A stretch of 64,000 nt of DNA, taken from Selaginella moellendorffii (Eukaryota; Plantae; Lycopodiophyta). Of the stretch, positions 24,645 to 37,299 are shown in pieces. The stretch lies in NCBI RefSeq assembly GCF_000143415.4, contig NW_003314279.1:1102091-1166090 (forward strand), given 5' to 3'. Position 1 is the stretch's first letter, and each line of letters starts with the position of its first letter. The translations under genes and the position numbers were made by a program. The notes under the pieces are model-generated. The model searched no databases. It had not been told where the DNA came from and saw nothing but the letters and a program-made list of their open reading frames with translations.

Positions 24645-27600
24645 TCAGTCGGAATCACTTACTTCTAAATCGATGCAGACCCTCTTCGGCGAACGCAAAC
24701 AGGCGGCTTGTAATACTGACTTGTCAAGCTTTCTTTTTTGCGCGAACGTCGGCAGCGTGGTTCTAGCCGTTCTCGTAGAATCTCTCTCCTCCTCGGCGGC
24801 AGCTGATGGTAAAATCGAGTCTATAGGAACTACTTTACCATCGATTTGGCACGTAAAAACGAATGAAACCTGCTCCACATCCACTTTCAGTCAAATTCTT
24901 AAGGAGACACTGCGCACTCACCTCTTCACCAGCAGCCCATTGCAAGATGACATCAGGGACTGTTGATGGGTGCGAATGGTGAGCCCAGCGTATCAGGTCC
25001 TCTTCGGCAGGCTCACCTATCTGGCGACAGGAAAAAGAAAAAAACTTTTATCTATGCATTGACCATCGAGTAGACCTCCAGACCTGTTTCTCCCAATGCC
25101 TTTGCCTCTCCAGACAGCCGGCAGTCTTAGCGAAAGCGCCTATATCACCTAGTTGATTAGCTAGTTCATTTGGAACATTTTCAACATCGCAACGTTCACA
25201 ATCAAGCGTGTCATGTGTATCAGAACTGGATAAAAAACGATTTAATGAGCCGCGAGGAATTCCTAATCCATTGCAATCACCTTATGTCGCGAAGGGTGAA
25301 CAGATCCCTCAAATCTTCTGTGGATAGCGCGTTGACCTGGAACAGAAGTACTACAACTCTCTTCAAAAATTTAATCAGCTTTCGAACCTCAGCTTTGGAG
25401 TCGCCACTGATCACCTTTTGAAGTCCTTCCTTCGACATTTGACGCTGATAAACCTGCTTGCGACAAGCGTGTTAGAAAAAGTAGCGCTTTCACAACTACA
25501 CCTTTATGCTACCTTCTCTTCGATTGTACCAGTTGCTAAAAATCGATAGATGTACACACGCTTCTTTTGGCCATCTCTCCAAACACGCGCTGCTGCCTGC
25601 ATCCTAGTTAAAGCAATGATATTCAGAACGTTTCTGTTACCTGTTTGTCATTTGCCGGATTCCAATCAGGATCAAATAGAACCAGCCGGTTGCCGCCAAT
25701 CAAGTTTAATCCACATCCACCGGCCTTGCTACTCAGTAGGAAAGCGAATTCGTTCTGTTCACCGACAGTTTAACGTTGGATAAACGAAATGCATTAAAGT
25801 CAAAATAACCTGTGACGGATCATTGAACTTTTGCACCAGCTTTTGCCTTTTCCCAATCGACGTACTTCCATCAAGCCTTACATAGGGATAGTTCCGTTCT
25901 CGACAGAGTTGAGCAAAGAGATCCAAGGTCTGAGAGCAAACATTTATTTAAATTTAGAGGAATTTTTTTTTCTTACCTGTGTATAATTCGATACAAGCAC
26001 GATCCTATCGTTTGTTTTCTTCCGTAGATTCTCCAGTAGACGAGCTAGAACAAACATTTTTCCAGACAACTTAACCCAGCTTCCGTCGGAAGGAGTCCCT
26101 CTGTCAGGGTACCATGTCATATACCCTGTTAGATGAAACTATGGCTTTTGATAAGGATCTACCTTCCAGTCTGCATCTCCTTCGGAAAAAATTGCATGCA
26201 ATTCTCAAAGCCAGCGGCTTCTGATCCGCCCGCACGAACAGTGTCATATATCAGCTGCAGGCAAGAGTTTGAAACAATGACTCGCTGCGAATCGATCTAC
26301 CTTTGGATGGCTGCAAAGCTTTTTCAAAGCCGTAATTGATGCAAGGACACGAGCACGTTTTGCTTTGTCTTGCAATGCCAGACGGACCTGCACAACATGG
26401 AGTTCAGAATGAAGCTAAATGCTCAGAAGTTTGCATACATTCTTTGAGTGTATAAAGTGTGTATACAGCTCTCGTTGCAGGTTTGTCAGCTTGCAGCAAA
26501 CTACCTCCACGATCTACAAATTTAGATAAAGTTAGCGATAAAGTACCAAAGCTTTATTCACCTTGGGAGGAAGATGGTTGGACAAAAGTGCATTCGTACG
26601 CCGAAGTATGAACTATAAGACAACCAATTTCAGTTCAGTATCAAAATCTAACTCTCAGCTGCATACTTGATTGACTTTCTCGCTTAGCTCCGCAGAGCGC
26701 TCCAATCCTAGTTTTCTTGCGTCTTCTGTAGCCTCAGGCTCACGACCGCGAAGAATAGGATTCTAGACCGATACAAACACTCAAAATACCAAAGGAAAAA
26801 CTGCCGCTGTTTACCTGATAATACCGGCGAAATGCAGCCACCTCGCCTAGAATGCCAGGATTCGTAAAATTCACCATAGCGTAAAACTCTTCTAGATCAT
26901 TCTGCAAGAGAAAAATGATGTACTGCAAGTAATTATATTGAAATGCGGACCTGCATTGGAGTGCCAGAAAGTAGAACTCTCCTATGGCACTGAAGACTAG
27001 CAAGTGCCTAAATTACCAACCCCTTAGAAAAAACCAAAACGACATATGTAAAAAGCTCACTTGATTTGTTAGAGTGTGGTCGTTCTTCAGCCTGTGTGCT
27101 TCGTCACAAATAAGAAGATCACAAGCACCTTCTTTCTGAAACTTGCCCGCATGCAATCTAAAGGTTTCGTATGAAATTATAAGAATCTACAGAAACTCCT
27201 GCCCATGATTAGAAAATTTACGTTTGAAAAAAAATAAATTGAAATACCTGAAATGCATTCCTGGGTGAAAGAAAACTGGCCACGTCTTGAAGAACTTCAG
27301 CACGTGATGCCTCGCAAATTGCAATGACGCTAGCGCGCCCACCAAGCCACTTCTTGATCTCAGACTCCCAGTTACTTACCAGACTGGTGGGAGTGACAAT
27401 GATAATCCGCTTAGCTATTGGCGATCCTTGGAAACCTTGTCTCAATAATGTCCAAAGAAGCGTTATAGACTGCAACGTTTTCCCAAGCCTGGAAATAAAT
27501 CGTTAAAGGGGAAGGCGTCCAACAACTGAACAGACCCCATGTCATCAGCGAGAATGCATCCAGACCAAGCCGCATCGCCAGCTTTTGAGAACTCGCGAAG

Positions 27601-28242
27601 GCCAGTTACACACTCAAACATGAACTGGACGCCTTCCCTGCATATACATTCCATTGTGAAAGGAAACAGAACCAAGAAAGGGGGAAAAAAAACAAAACAA
27701 CAGAGTACCTTTGATGTGGTCGAAGGAACTTCGCGACAATTGGATCGACCACTATAGTCGCACCATCCTCGTTTCCATCAGGCTGCCACAGCACCAAAGG
27801 CTCGAAGTCATCCGGAAGCTCTACACTCCCTTCACTGGGATCCTCTTGAATCGGCAGCGTCTCAACATTGGGACTCAAGGGAAGTAGAGGCTGTCTCTTC
27901 CAAGGAACAAATCTTTTCCTTGCGGAGAGGCGCCGAAGCAGCTCGTCACTGTTGCTCTGCCCGCCAGGACACGGGGACTTGAAAGGCCTCCTGATCACGG
28001 CAGCGCCGTCTGTGACAGTGAGAACCTTTGGAATCAATGCCTGTCGCTTCACAACCAAGTCTCCCCTGAAAATAAAATTTAAAAAACCAAGATGAGTGTG
28101 AAATGTGCTCAAGAAGCCAGAGATTATCTCACCTCAGTAGCGCTGCCACATTCTCGGACTTCCTGTTCTCTGGCGTGGCAAGATCTTCTACCCCTTCTTC
28201 TTCCTCCTCATCGTCCTCGAGCTGGAAATCTTCATCGTCCAT
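24645..28242 (-). CDS. RAD54: DNA repair/recombination SNF2 helicase RAD54
   Basis: Multi-exon gene with [21 protein letters not shown]|[55 protein letters not shown] motifs. Confidence 0.93.
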
Positions 28243-28744
28243 GGCCGCGCCGCAAACCCTAGCTAGAGAATCGCGCAATCTAGGCGCACTAAGCGAACCT
28301 TACGAGTGATCCACGGGCGAGGCGAGGCGGCGACGCGAAACCCTCCCTCTGCTCAGGAACCCTAGCTACTAAACTTCCCGCCAGTACAAAAAGATATTCG
28401 TCTAGTATAAAATTCAAATGATTAGGGCGGTCTCCCTTGTCTCATTCTTTTGTTATTGTTTATTGTTGTTCGATCAGTGCGGACAGCAAGATGGGAGGAG
28501 TGATTCGAAGTGATCATAGATCTTACAAGTTACAAACGCTTCTTTCTCTTGCGAAGAGATGGGCACATTTTATTTTCTTTGGGAGCACGAAGTGTGTGAG
28601 CAAGCAATACGTGTCTCACGCCAACAATGTGTGTGGCGATAGGCCGTGTGGGTGATTTTGATATGGATGCGTATGGTGCGCGTACGATCAGTTAACTCCC
28701 TCTGTTCTTGCAAGCTTATCCGATCTTGATCAAGTTTGTCAGTG

Positions 28745-29434
28745 TCATTTCTTGGTCTCTTCCCGATCCACCTCGCGATCCCGATCGGTGCGAGCTCCAG
28801 GATCAACTACAATGACGATTTGAAGCTCGGATTGCTCCGATTGCTCTGGTGGTGGCGGTGGTGCTGCTGCTGCTGTGTCAGTGGCAGTCGACTGTGATTT
28901 GCTCCCGGCGGCGGTGGCGGCAGCGGCGACCAAGCTCGTCCGGCAAACGGGGCAGAAGAGATGCTTTTGGAGCCACTCGTCGACGCAATCGCAGTGGAAA
29001 CAATGGGAGCAGTGCGGAAGAAAACGGAGTCTGTCACTGGCAGGATCCAGGCGGCTCTGCTGCTGCTGGAAGTCTGTGAGACAAACAGCGCAGAATTCGC
29101 CACCCTTGATCCGCCCTGCCACCTCGCCCGCCCCCACAACCGGGATCTTCTCCAAGTGCCCCGCCACCGCCGCTCCTCCTCCTCCTCCGCCGCCGCCGCC
29201 GCCGCTCCATTGCGAGCTGCCGCTGGCGGCACTGCTGTCGCCGCCACCGCCGCCGCGGTCCAGCGACACATACCTGCAAAAGTAGAAGGCGAGCAATGCG
29301 AGCGTGCAGACGATCGCGGCGGCGCCAATCGCGAGCGCCGAGGTGAAATTCTGGCCAATGTCATAGCCCGAGAGCGTGGGCGCTACGGCAGAGGCGGCGG
29401 AGGCAGCGGCGTTGGGAGGTGGCGCGCCAACCAT
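28745..29434 (-). CDS. ATL-type RING-H2 E3 ligase (9 of 9)
   Basis: TM, Gly-rich linker, CAVC...CSHCFHCDCVDEW...CPVC. Confidence 0.92.
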   Translation of the reverse strand: MVGAPPPNAAASAASAVAPTLSGYDIGQNFTSALAIGAAAIVCTLALLAFYFCRYVSLDRGGGGGDSSAASGSSQWSGGGGGGGGGGAAVAGHLEKIPVVGAGEVAGRIKGGEFCAVCLTDFQQQQSRLDPASDRLRFLPHCSHCFHCDCVDEWLQKHLFCPVCRTSLVAAAATAAGSKSQSTATDTAAAAPPPPPEQSEQSELQIVIVVDPGARTDRDREVDREETKK

Positions 29435-30086
29435 TTCTATCTTCCGGGAGATTCCAGCCAAGAACCCTACGAGGAACAAGTTCTCGACCAAAACATTCCG
29501 CCCGTTTCTCCGCATTAAAAAGGAAGCCAACCATATATAGATCTAGCTGGCCAAACGTATAGCCAACGGAATATGCACCGCCACATGGAGCAAAGAGAAT
29601 CCGCCACGTGGCAGAGATGGTCTACCGTACGGTACGGTGCCGTGATTTTAGCTCAAATGAAGAATTCTTTTCCCGGGGAAATCTAATGGGAGGTCCCGTG
29701 GGGTCAGAACTTTGTCAACGCTGGAGCCTGGAGCGACCGACACAAATCAATGCCAGAGACTTGCATTGTTTGTTTGTATCCTTGTTCCAGTGGATAACGC
29801 TAGAGAACTCGCGAGCCAGATCTCCACGTCTCCTTTTTTTTGCCCGTGGATGAATGGACGAAGGCTCGAGAGAGATGGAGGTGGAGCGGATGGCGATGGC
29901 GCAGCGGCGGAGAGGCTGCCCAGTACAGAGACCACGCGCAAGGAATTGATTGTTTTGCCACTCGAAGATTCACGCACCTAGTAGAAGAGTTTGGGCGAAT
30001 CTTCATGACTTTGCTCCGAGAGCGACGGTTGCTTTGGCTATGCTTTATCAAGAAAGGGAGAGGGAGAAAAAAACAAAACTTGCTCC

Positions 30087-30781
30087 TCAAGGCTTTCCGT
30101 GATCTTCTTTGGCTCCTTGAGGAGCATCTGCTTGATCTGCTTGAGGAGTGTCGGCTTGATAGTGATCGTTTGGAGGATTGTCAGCGCGGCTGAGCTCCTC
30201 GAGATGGGCTTGGATGTCCACACTGCGAGCTTCATCCGGAGAACCGTCGCTCTGGTCGTCAACTTTGCTGCTGCGTTTGAGCTCCTCGAGTTGGGCACGT
30301 ACGTCGGCATTGAGATCGAATGGAATTTTGTTCTGCTTGAGAGCCTGCATATAAGTGTAGAGCTCGTCCATGGTCAGCTCTTGAGACTTTTGATTCTGCG
30401 ATAGCTCCGGGTGCGTCGCGAGTACTTGCTGGGTCACACTCTTTATCCTGTTCGTGGCTTCTTCACGCTGCCAGAGTCACAATTCAGGAGAAGAAAGAAA
30501 GAAAGAACGAGAGACAATCTTATAAACACTCGCTCACCGCCTGGATCATCACTTGCTCCTTTTTCAAGATCTCCTCATGGAGCGTACGGAAGACCTTTAA
30601 CACCATTTGCTCCTGATTCCGCCGAGCTTCCTGCATCTGGCGATCGAGAAAACCCACCAAAGCGATCACTCCAGGCTCGCTTCCAAGTATCTGGCATTTG
30701 GGCTCTCACCTCGCGAAGCACCGGATCTTCTCCCTTGAACACTATCGAAATGATTCTTCTCACGCTTGTGACCCACCGCAT
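30087..30781 (-). CDS. Hypothetical spliced gene, possibly frameshifted
   Basis: MRWVTSVRRIISIVFKGEDPVLRE|GT intron, a middle exon EARRNQEQMVLKVFRTLHEEIL that hits a stop, and a last exon ...TQQVLATHPELSQ...; no known domain recognised. Confidence 0.4.
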
Positions 30782-31421
30782 TTTTCTAGCCTCCGTGCCC
30801 TAAACCCCTTCTTTGGATCCAAGCTAAATAACAAAAGTCTGCATTGCTTTAATCATAGCCTCTGGTTGATACATCCAGAGCTCCTCCTTGTCTTTAAAAC
30901 TTGCCATTGATCTAGATATAAGTAACTTGGAGAGAATGAGGAAGATAAATGGCTATGTTTCTATCCTCCTCCTTATGCTCGTTGTCTATGCTTTGAATGT
31001 GAATGGAAGCAAGGGTATGATCTCTACACATTTTTCTCTGATTTTCTGATTAAATTCGTAAATTTTCTTGTGCAGATAGATGGGATGAACTTCTGAGAAC
31101 GGATGCTGAGCAAGCCAAGAGCACAATCCAGCGTGAGGTCGGAGCTGGTGTTGATGTTATAGTGCTTCCAGAGGACAGTTTTTACACTGGTGATTATCAG
31201 TGGAATAGAGTGAGGATTTTCAAAGATAAAAACAATAAGGTATCCAAGGTTCCAAAGAGAGGATAGAAAAATAACTGTGGCCCAAGATAAATTTAATCTT
31301 AATATTTACAAAAGTGGCACAATTATTTTAAATAAACCTCATAGAAATATATTTCCATTCATTTGTAATCTGATTATATATGAAGGCATTATTCCACAAT
31401 CCTCCCATTAGTTTCCTAAAA

Positions 31422-31934
31422 ATGTCTTTATGGTTTATTGTTCTTGTATCATTCTCTTTAATTTCAAGCCGTGGCTGGGCACTGAAAGTCTTGTCCGTCT
31501 ACAAATTTGGTAACTCTTACTCCAACACTGGCAACTAGGACGCTGGATTTCCATACTTCAACATCTTCACAATTCCCAGATCCCATCACAACACTGCCCC
31601 TACAGCAAGGATTTTATCGCAACAATCAACACTCCCAGGGAAGGTTTTGCAATGGATTGACTACCTCACTGATTACCTCGGCTTCCCTCTCCTGTCCCCA
31701 TACTTGTGGAGCATCACCATGGCCTCCAACTTCTAATGTGGTGCAAACTTTGCCTATGGAGGATCCATGGCTGCCTTGGTCTATGAGAACCATAACCCCT
31801 TCGATCTCAATGTCCAGGTCTTCGAGTTCTTGTGCCTCCAGCACTTGGCCAACACCACCTCCGGATCCCATCGCCAGCTTAGTTTTTGGACACCTTCTTC
31901 GTGATCCAAGCTGGCTCTGCAGACTTCACCTACA
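31422..31934 (+). pseudogene. GDSL esterase/lipase pseudogene 5' half (copy A), truncated by a TRIM insertion
   Basis: Paralogous to 55816-56358 (FGNSYSNTGN, NFAYGGS); ends abruptly at the TG of an LTR at 31935. Confidence 0.8.
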
Positions 31935-32031
31935 TGTGAGGATGTAGTATATTTGAGATCACCATACGACAGAGACACGTGGCGACACATGGTGGATCTG
32001 GAGAGTCACGACTCTCACCTGTGTATGTATG

Positions 32032-32225
32032 TGTAACCAACAAAAAAAAACGACTTGAGAGACTATCCATGGTGTTCAAATATAGAAAAAAAGGGCCCAT
32101 GAATAAAAGTGCACCTCTTTTTCCAATCGGTTAAGGGTTTTGGGATATTTAAGGTTAAACGTCCTTGGGTTTGAATAGTACTGGGTTAGGTGACTTCCTA
32201 GGAAGTCTAAATTCAGGAGCTTACA
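32032..32225 (+). mobile_element. Cassandra-like solo LTR (5S-related)
   Basis: 194 bp TGTAA...TTACA homologous to 40795-40988, flanked by GTATG/ATATG. Confidence 0.8.
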
Positions 32226-32291
32226 ATATGGCCATGATGATATCTGAGCAATAGAGTTTTTTTCTTCTTCCTTAGTCTTCAACATGGTATC

Positions 32292-32678
32292 TGTCAGGAA
32301 TCCCCCAATTCTTGCCACATTCCTGACTCTCGCCGGATTCCTGACCTGCAGACCACATTCCTGACTCTCGAGACACTTCTCTATTCCTGACTCTCGAGAC
32401 ACTTCCCTATTCCTGACTCTCGAGACACTTCCCGATTCCTGAGTCTCGAGCCACATTCCTGATGATGATGTGGCGCCTCCTCGACCTCAGCTGTATTTAG
32501 GCTGTCCTCGATCCAAGAGTGGTGGAGCTTCATCAACCTATAGTATATATAGGTTAGCCTTGTTCCATTTCTCCACAATCTGAATCAACACCAGTTTAAA
32601 GCCTCTTTTTTGTTTTCACTAGCTTTTTCTCTTTGTCTTTAGCATTTTCCAGTCTTGATCTTGTTGGGGGTCTTGACA
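32292..32678 (+). repeat. 5' LTR of the Tcn1-like element
   Basis: TGTCAGG...CTTGACA; internal ATTCCTGACTCTCGAGACAC tandem repeats; TATATATA at 32544. Confidence 0.92.
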
Positions 32679-32775
32679 GTTTGATTCAGATTGTGTTTTT
32701 TGCTTTTCTTTTAGCTTGTTTTGATTATTTGATTGCCTTTGTCTTTTCCCCCCTTTCTTTTCTTTCTTCTTGCCA

Positions 32776-33747
32776 ATGGAGTCTCCAAGCCATCCTGATT
32801 TCTTTGCCGAAGTCCTTGCAAAAATCCAGTCTGAGAATACCGAGCTGAAGGCGACCCTTCTTCGCATGCAGCAGGAGCTTGCTTCACTTTCGGCTCAAGG
32901 ATCCAGCAAAGTTCCTGAACCGAAGGTGAGTTTCCCGGCGAAATTTTCAGGCAAGCGTTCGGAGCTTCGTGGATTTTTGAATCAAATGGAGCTGATCTTT
33001 GCACTTCAACATCGGCGGTACCCCACTCCCGAGTCTCAAATCGGCGCGATTGGGACGTTGCTCGAGGGTGCAGCTTTGTCATGGTTTTCTCCTCTTCTGG
33101 AGAAGAGCATGAAAGGGGTCGTGGTTCCGGAGCTGATGGATCTTCAATTGTTCAAAGAGAAGCTCGAAGCATGTTTTGGCGAGACGGATCGGGTTCGGGC
33201 TGCTACCACAAAGATGAGACGTCTCTCTCAGGGGTCTCGTCTTGCCTCGATCTACGCTGCAGAGTTCCAACTCCTTGCCTTGGACACTCAGTGGGATGAG
33301 CGGGCCCTGATTGACCAATTTCGTTTCGGCCTCAACAACGGTGTCAAGGATTTGTTGCTCACCATGGAGGATCCCAAGGACCTGTCGGACGCCATCAACA
33401 AAGCTGTTCGATGTGACAATCGTCTCTTTGAACGTCGTCAGGAAAGTCGTCGCGCCGCTGTTTTTCCGTCCCAGACTCAGGAATCCCAGCTTGAGTCTTC
33501 GGGGCATAGTCCTGAACCTACTGCTCCGGTCCCGATGGATATTTCTGGTACTCCCCGACTCATTAGAGGGAAGTTGAGTCCTGCTGAGAGGCAACGTCGA
33601 ATATCTCATAATCTTTGCCTCTACTGTGCTGATCCTAATCACAAAGCAGCTGTGTGTCCCAGGAAGCCTCCCCGATTGCTCGAGTTCACTCTGCCTCAAA
33701 GTCCACCACTGTTGCAGTCGGGAAACGACCCTGTCCAAACAGAGTAG
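32776..33747 (+). CDS. gag: Gag (PEG10/sushi-like) with CCHC knuckle
   Basis: [52 protein letters not shown]. Confidence 0.92.
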   Translation: MESPSHPDFFAEVLAKIQSENTELKATLLRMQQELASLSAQGSSKVPEPKVSFPAKFSGKRSELRGFLNQMELIFALQHRRYPTPESQIGAIGTLLEGAALSWFSPLLEKSMKGVVVPELMDLQLFKEKLEACFGETDRVRAATTKMRRLSQGSRLASIYAAEFQLLALDTQWDERALIDQFRFGLNNGVKDLLLTMEDPKDLSDAINKAVRCDNRLFERRQESRRAAVFPSQTQESQLESSGHSPEPTAPVPMDISGTPRLIRGKLSPAERQRRISHNLCLYCADPNHKAAVCPRKPPRLLEFTLPQSPPLLQSGNDPVQTE

Positions 33748-36357
33748 GAGCTGTCTGTTTGGACTCCCCAAATAAAAATCACTTTTCTTCCTTATCAAGC
33801 TCCTCACCACCTTTCATCAAAGCCACCACCAATTCTTGCAACTTCCGCGTCCCATGTCTCCTTTCTTTCACCGGACAATCAGGACTCAAGGCTTTGGCGC
33901 TACTGGACTCGGGTGCAACTTCCTGCTTCATGGACACGGACTTTGCTGCCCGACATCACGTTCCTCTTTCTCCTACCATACGGGATCTGAGGGTTGAAGG
34001 CATCGGCGGGCATTTTGTGTCTCCATCTTCTGGACTTAGGGAAACGTTGCCCGTTCGAGTACACATCGGGTCCACCGTCACCGATATCGCCTTCAACATC
34101 ATCAACAGCAAGTCTTCCTCTGTGGTGCTCGGTCTTCCTTGGTTCCAACTACATCAGCCTCAGATTTGTTGGAAGGACTTACAGCTCATCTCTCCCACAT
34201 CACCATCTCCCACGGCTTCCCCTGGTGTTCATCGAGTCCGAATCAGGAAAAGTTCCCTAAACTCAAGTCGGGGTTCTGTTCCTGACTCTACGCAGTTTTC
34301 ATCCTCTTCTTTTTTCTCTCTTCCATCTTACACTGGACAGTATCCTCGTCTCATCATTCCATTTAGTCGTACTCCTCCTCCTATCTCCACAATCACTATG
34401 AAAGAAGTCCTTCATGAAGAACCTCTTTTTCTTTTTGCTTTGCATGTTTCTCCTGTCAGACTTCCTGAGAAGTATCATGATTTTGGGGATGTGTTTGACA
34501 AGAAAAAAGCTAGTGTACTGCCTGTTCATCGGCCTTATGATTGTCCCATTGATTTACAGGAAGGAGCGTCACCTCCGTGGGGGCCTATCTACGGGTTATC
34601 CCCGTCCGAGCTTAAGGCCCTCAAAGAGTACGTGGATGAGAACCTTGCCTCAGGCTACATTCAGCATTCGCAGTCCCCGACTGGAGCGCCTGTCTTCTTT
34701 GTCAAGAAGAAGGATGGGAGCTTGCGGCTAGTCATCGACTACCGAGGTTTGAACAAGGTGACTGTTCGGAACCGTTATCCGCTGCCCCTGATCTCGGACC
34801 TGTTGGAACGCCTCGGCGGTGCCTGCTTCTTCACCAAGATCGACCTCCGTGGAGCATACAACCTGATCCGGATCCGGCCTGGTGATGAATGGAAGACTGT
34901 GTTCCGAACCCACTATGGCCACTTCGAGTACACTGTCATGCCATTTGGCTTGACAAATGCTCCAGCGGTTTTCCAACACATGGCAAACGACGTTTTTCGG
35001 GAGTTTCTTGATTAGATGGTGATCGTCTACCTCGATGACATCCTCATCTACTCAAAAACTCAGGAGGAGCATGACGAACATGTTCGCAAGGTGCTAGCGA
35101 AGCTGCGAGAACACGGCCTATACGCGAAGCTTGAGAAATGTTCCTTTGATCAGCAGTCTGTGGAGTTCCTTGGGTACATTGTCACTCCTGAGGGTATCAC
35201 GATGGATCCTGCAAAAGTCAAGACTATTCTCGAATGGGAGCCTCCACAATCAATGTCAGACGTTCAGGTTTTCCTTGGCTTCGCCAACTTCTACCGCAAA
35301 TTCATTGATCACTACTCTGACATTGTCCTTCCTCTCACACATCTCACTCGCAAGGATGTTCCCTTCTCTTGGTCTGCTGCTACCCAGCAGGCTTTCGACA
35401 CACTCAAGGCGGCCTTCAGTTCTGCTCCTGTCTTGATCCATGCTGATTCCTCACAACCTTTCTTCATCGAGGCTGACGCCTCCGACTTTGCCATTGGTGC
35501 TGTGCTATCTCAACTCGGAGCGGATCACGAACTTCATCCGGTCGCTTTCCATTCTCGGAAATTCCAGCCTGCGGAGATCAATTACGAAATCCACGACAAG
35601 GAGCTTCTTGCCATCGTGGATTCCTTTGGAGAGTGGCGCCGTTTCTTGGAGGGGGCGAGCCATCAAACAACAGTCTGGACGGATCACAAAAATCTCGAGT
35701 ACTTTGCCACTTCCCGAGTTTTAAGCCGTCGTCAAGCAAGGTGGGCACAATTCCTGAGTCGGTTTGACTTTGTTATCAAGTACAGACCTGGAAAGTTTCA
35801 AGGCCTTCCTGATGCTCTTTCAAGGCGCTCCTATCTCAGTCTCAGGCCTGGTAATCCTGCCTTCGATCAACAGGATCAAGTTATCCTCGGTCCTGATCGG
35901 CTTCAAGTTATGGCAATTTCCCTGGCCCCTCAGGACTCCTCCTTGATGGATGCAATCAGAAACGATCTTCAATCCGATGATCTCGCTAGCGACATTTTTC
36001 CCCATCTTCAGGCTGGACACCCAGTGACTCCCGACTGCCGGCGATTTGACGAGTTCGAGTTCTTAGATGGCTTATTGTACCGTGGGGAGCAGCTTTACGT
36101 TCCTGAAGGTGATGCTCGAAGGTTGATCCTGATGGCGTGCCACGATAGCCCGACTGCTGGTCACTTCGGCATTGCGAAAACCTATGAGCTAGTTGCACGG
36201 GACTTTTGGTGGCCTCACATGGACGACTACATCAAAGCTTTTGTTACCTCCTGTGACACTTGTGCCCGGAATAAGGTACCTCGCCACCTTCCTTCAGGTT
36301 TGCTTCGTTCCCTTCCGGTCCCTTCAGGTCCTTGGGAATCCATCTCCATGGATTTTG
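33720..36357 (+). pseudogene. pol: Pol (PR-RT-RNaseH-IN N-term) in the -1 frame, premature TAG at 35013
   Basis: LLDSGA, YLDD, DASD, CHD..GHFG..CDTC, ending PWESISMDF. Confidence 0.9.
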
Positions 36358-36901
36358 GATCAGAAAAAAGAAACTAATGCTAAACCACTGTGAACCTATC
36401 TCACTCCCCCCATTCAGCTGAGAAAAGCTGAGCTCATGAAATTAGCATCTTGTGGTGTTGAACAAGAATAGCAGCAAGTTCCAAGGTACCCAAGCTTACA
36501 CACAGCCCAGCTTGTATCAAGACCTGTCAGGAACCAGCATCTTGTTCCATGTCCCCCACTCAAATGTGATCTCTCCATCAGCCTCAAGGCCCTTGCGCAC
36601 GAGAGAAGCCTCTTGGCAGCATCAGCAAGTCTCCAGCCCAAGGAAGCCTTCCCTTGTAGTAGCAGGGGCATCAGATCATCTCCAGTGGTAGCAAGCAGTG
36701 CTGCAACCCTTCCAATTCAAATCCAGGCTAGTCTTGATCAAGAACCGCCTCCATTTTAGGGTTGTTTGCACAAGACAAAATAAACAAGAAAACCTTCATC
36801 TTGATATTTGCAATTCACAACTGCTCTAGATCAAGGGGCCCATTGTCTTCCTCCTCTTCTTCCTCCATTCAGCTTAGGATTTAATCCTTGAGCTCCGATA
36901 C

Positions 36902-37288
36902 TGTCAAGACCCCCAACAAGATCAAGACTGGAAAATGCTAAAGACAAAGAGAAAAAGCTAGTGAAAACAAAGAAGAGGCCTTAGACTGGTGTTGATTCAG
37001 ATTGTGGAGAAATGGAACAAGGCTAACCTATATATACTATAGGTTGATGAAGCTCCACCACTCTTGGATCGAGGACAGCCTAAATACAGCTGAGGTCGAG
37101 GAGGCGCCACATCATCATCAGGAATGTGGCTCGAGACTCAGGAATCGGGAAGTGTCTCGAGAGTCAGGAATAGGGAAGTGTCTCGAGAGTCAGGAATAGA
37201 GAAGTGTCTCGAGAGTCAGGAATGTGGTCTGCAGGTCAGGAATCCGGCGAGAGTCAGGAATGTCGCAAGAATTGGGGGATTCCTGACA
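36902..37288 (-). repeat. 3' LTR of the Tcn1-like element (inverted)
   Basis: Reverse complement of 32292-32678 with only about four substitutions; followed on the - strand by the GTATC TSD. Confidence 0.92.
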
Positions 37289-37299
37289 GCACCCCCTCC

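Noticed and set aside
8594-29518. Many overlapping antisense or alternative-frame ORFs over ATL and RWP-RK genes
   Set aside because: Shadow ORFs expected from GC-rich, stop-poor coding sequence.
32315-32462. About 21-bp tandem repeats resembling a CRISPR-like array
   Set aside because: No unique spacers; ordinary U3 repeats duplicated in both LTRs of a eukaryotic retroelement.
36395-36420. GGGGGGAG-TG on the - strand resembling a PPT/LTR start
   Set aside because: No matching second LTR found; the TRIM's matching PPT/LTR is at 38461-38494.
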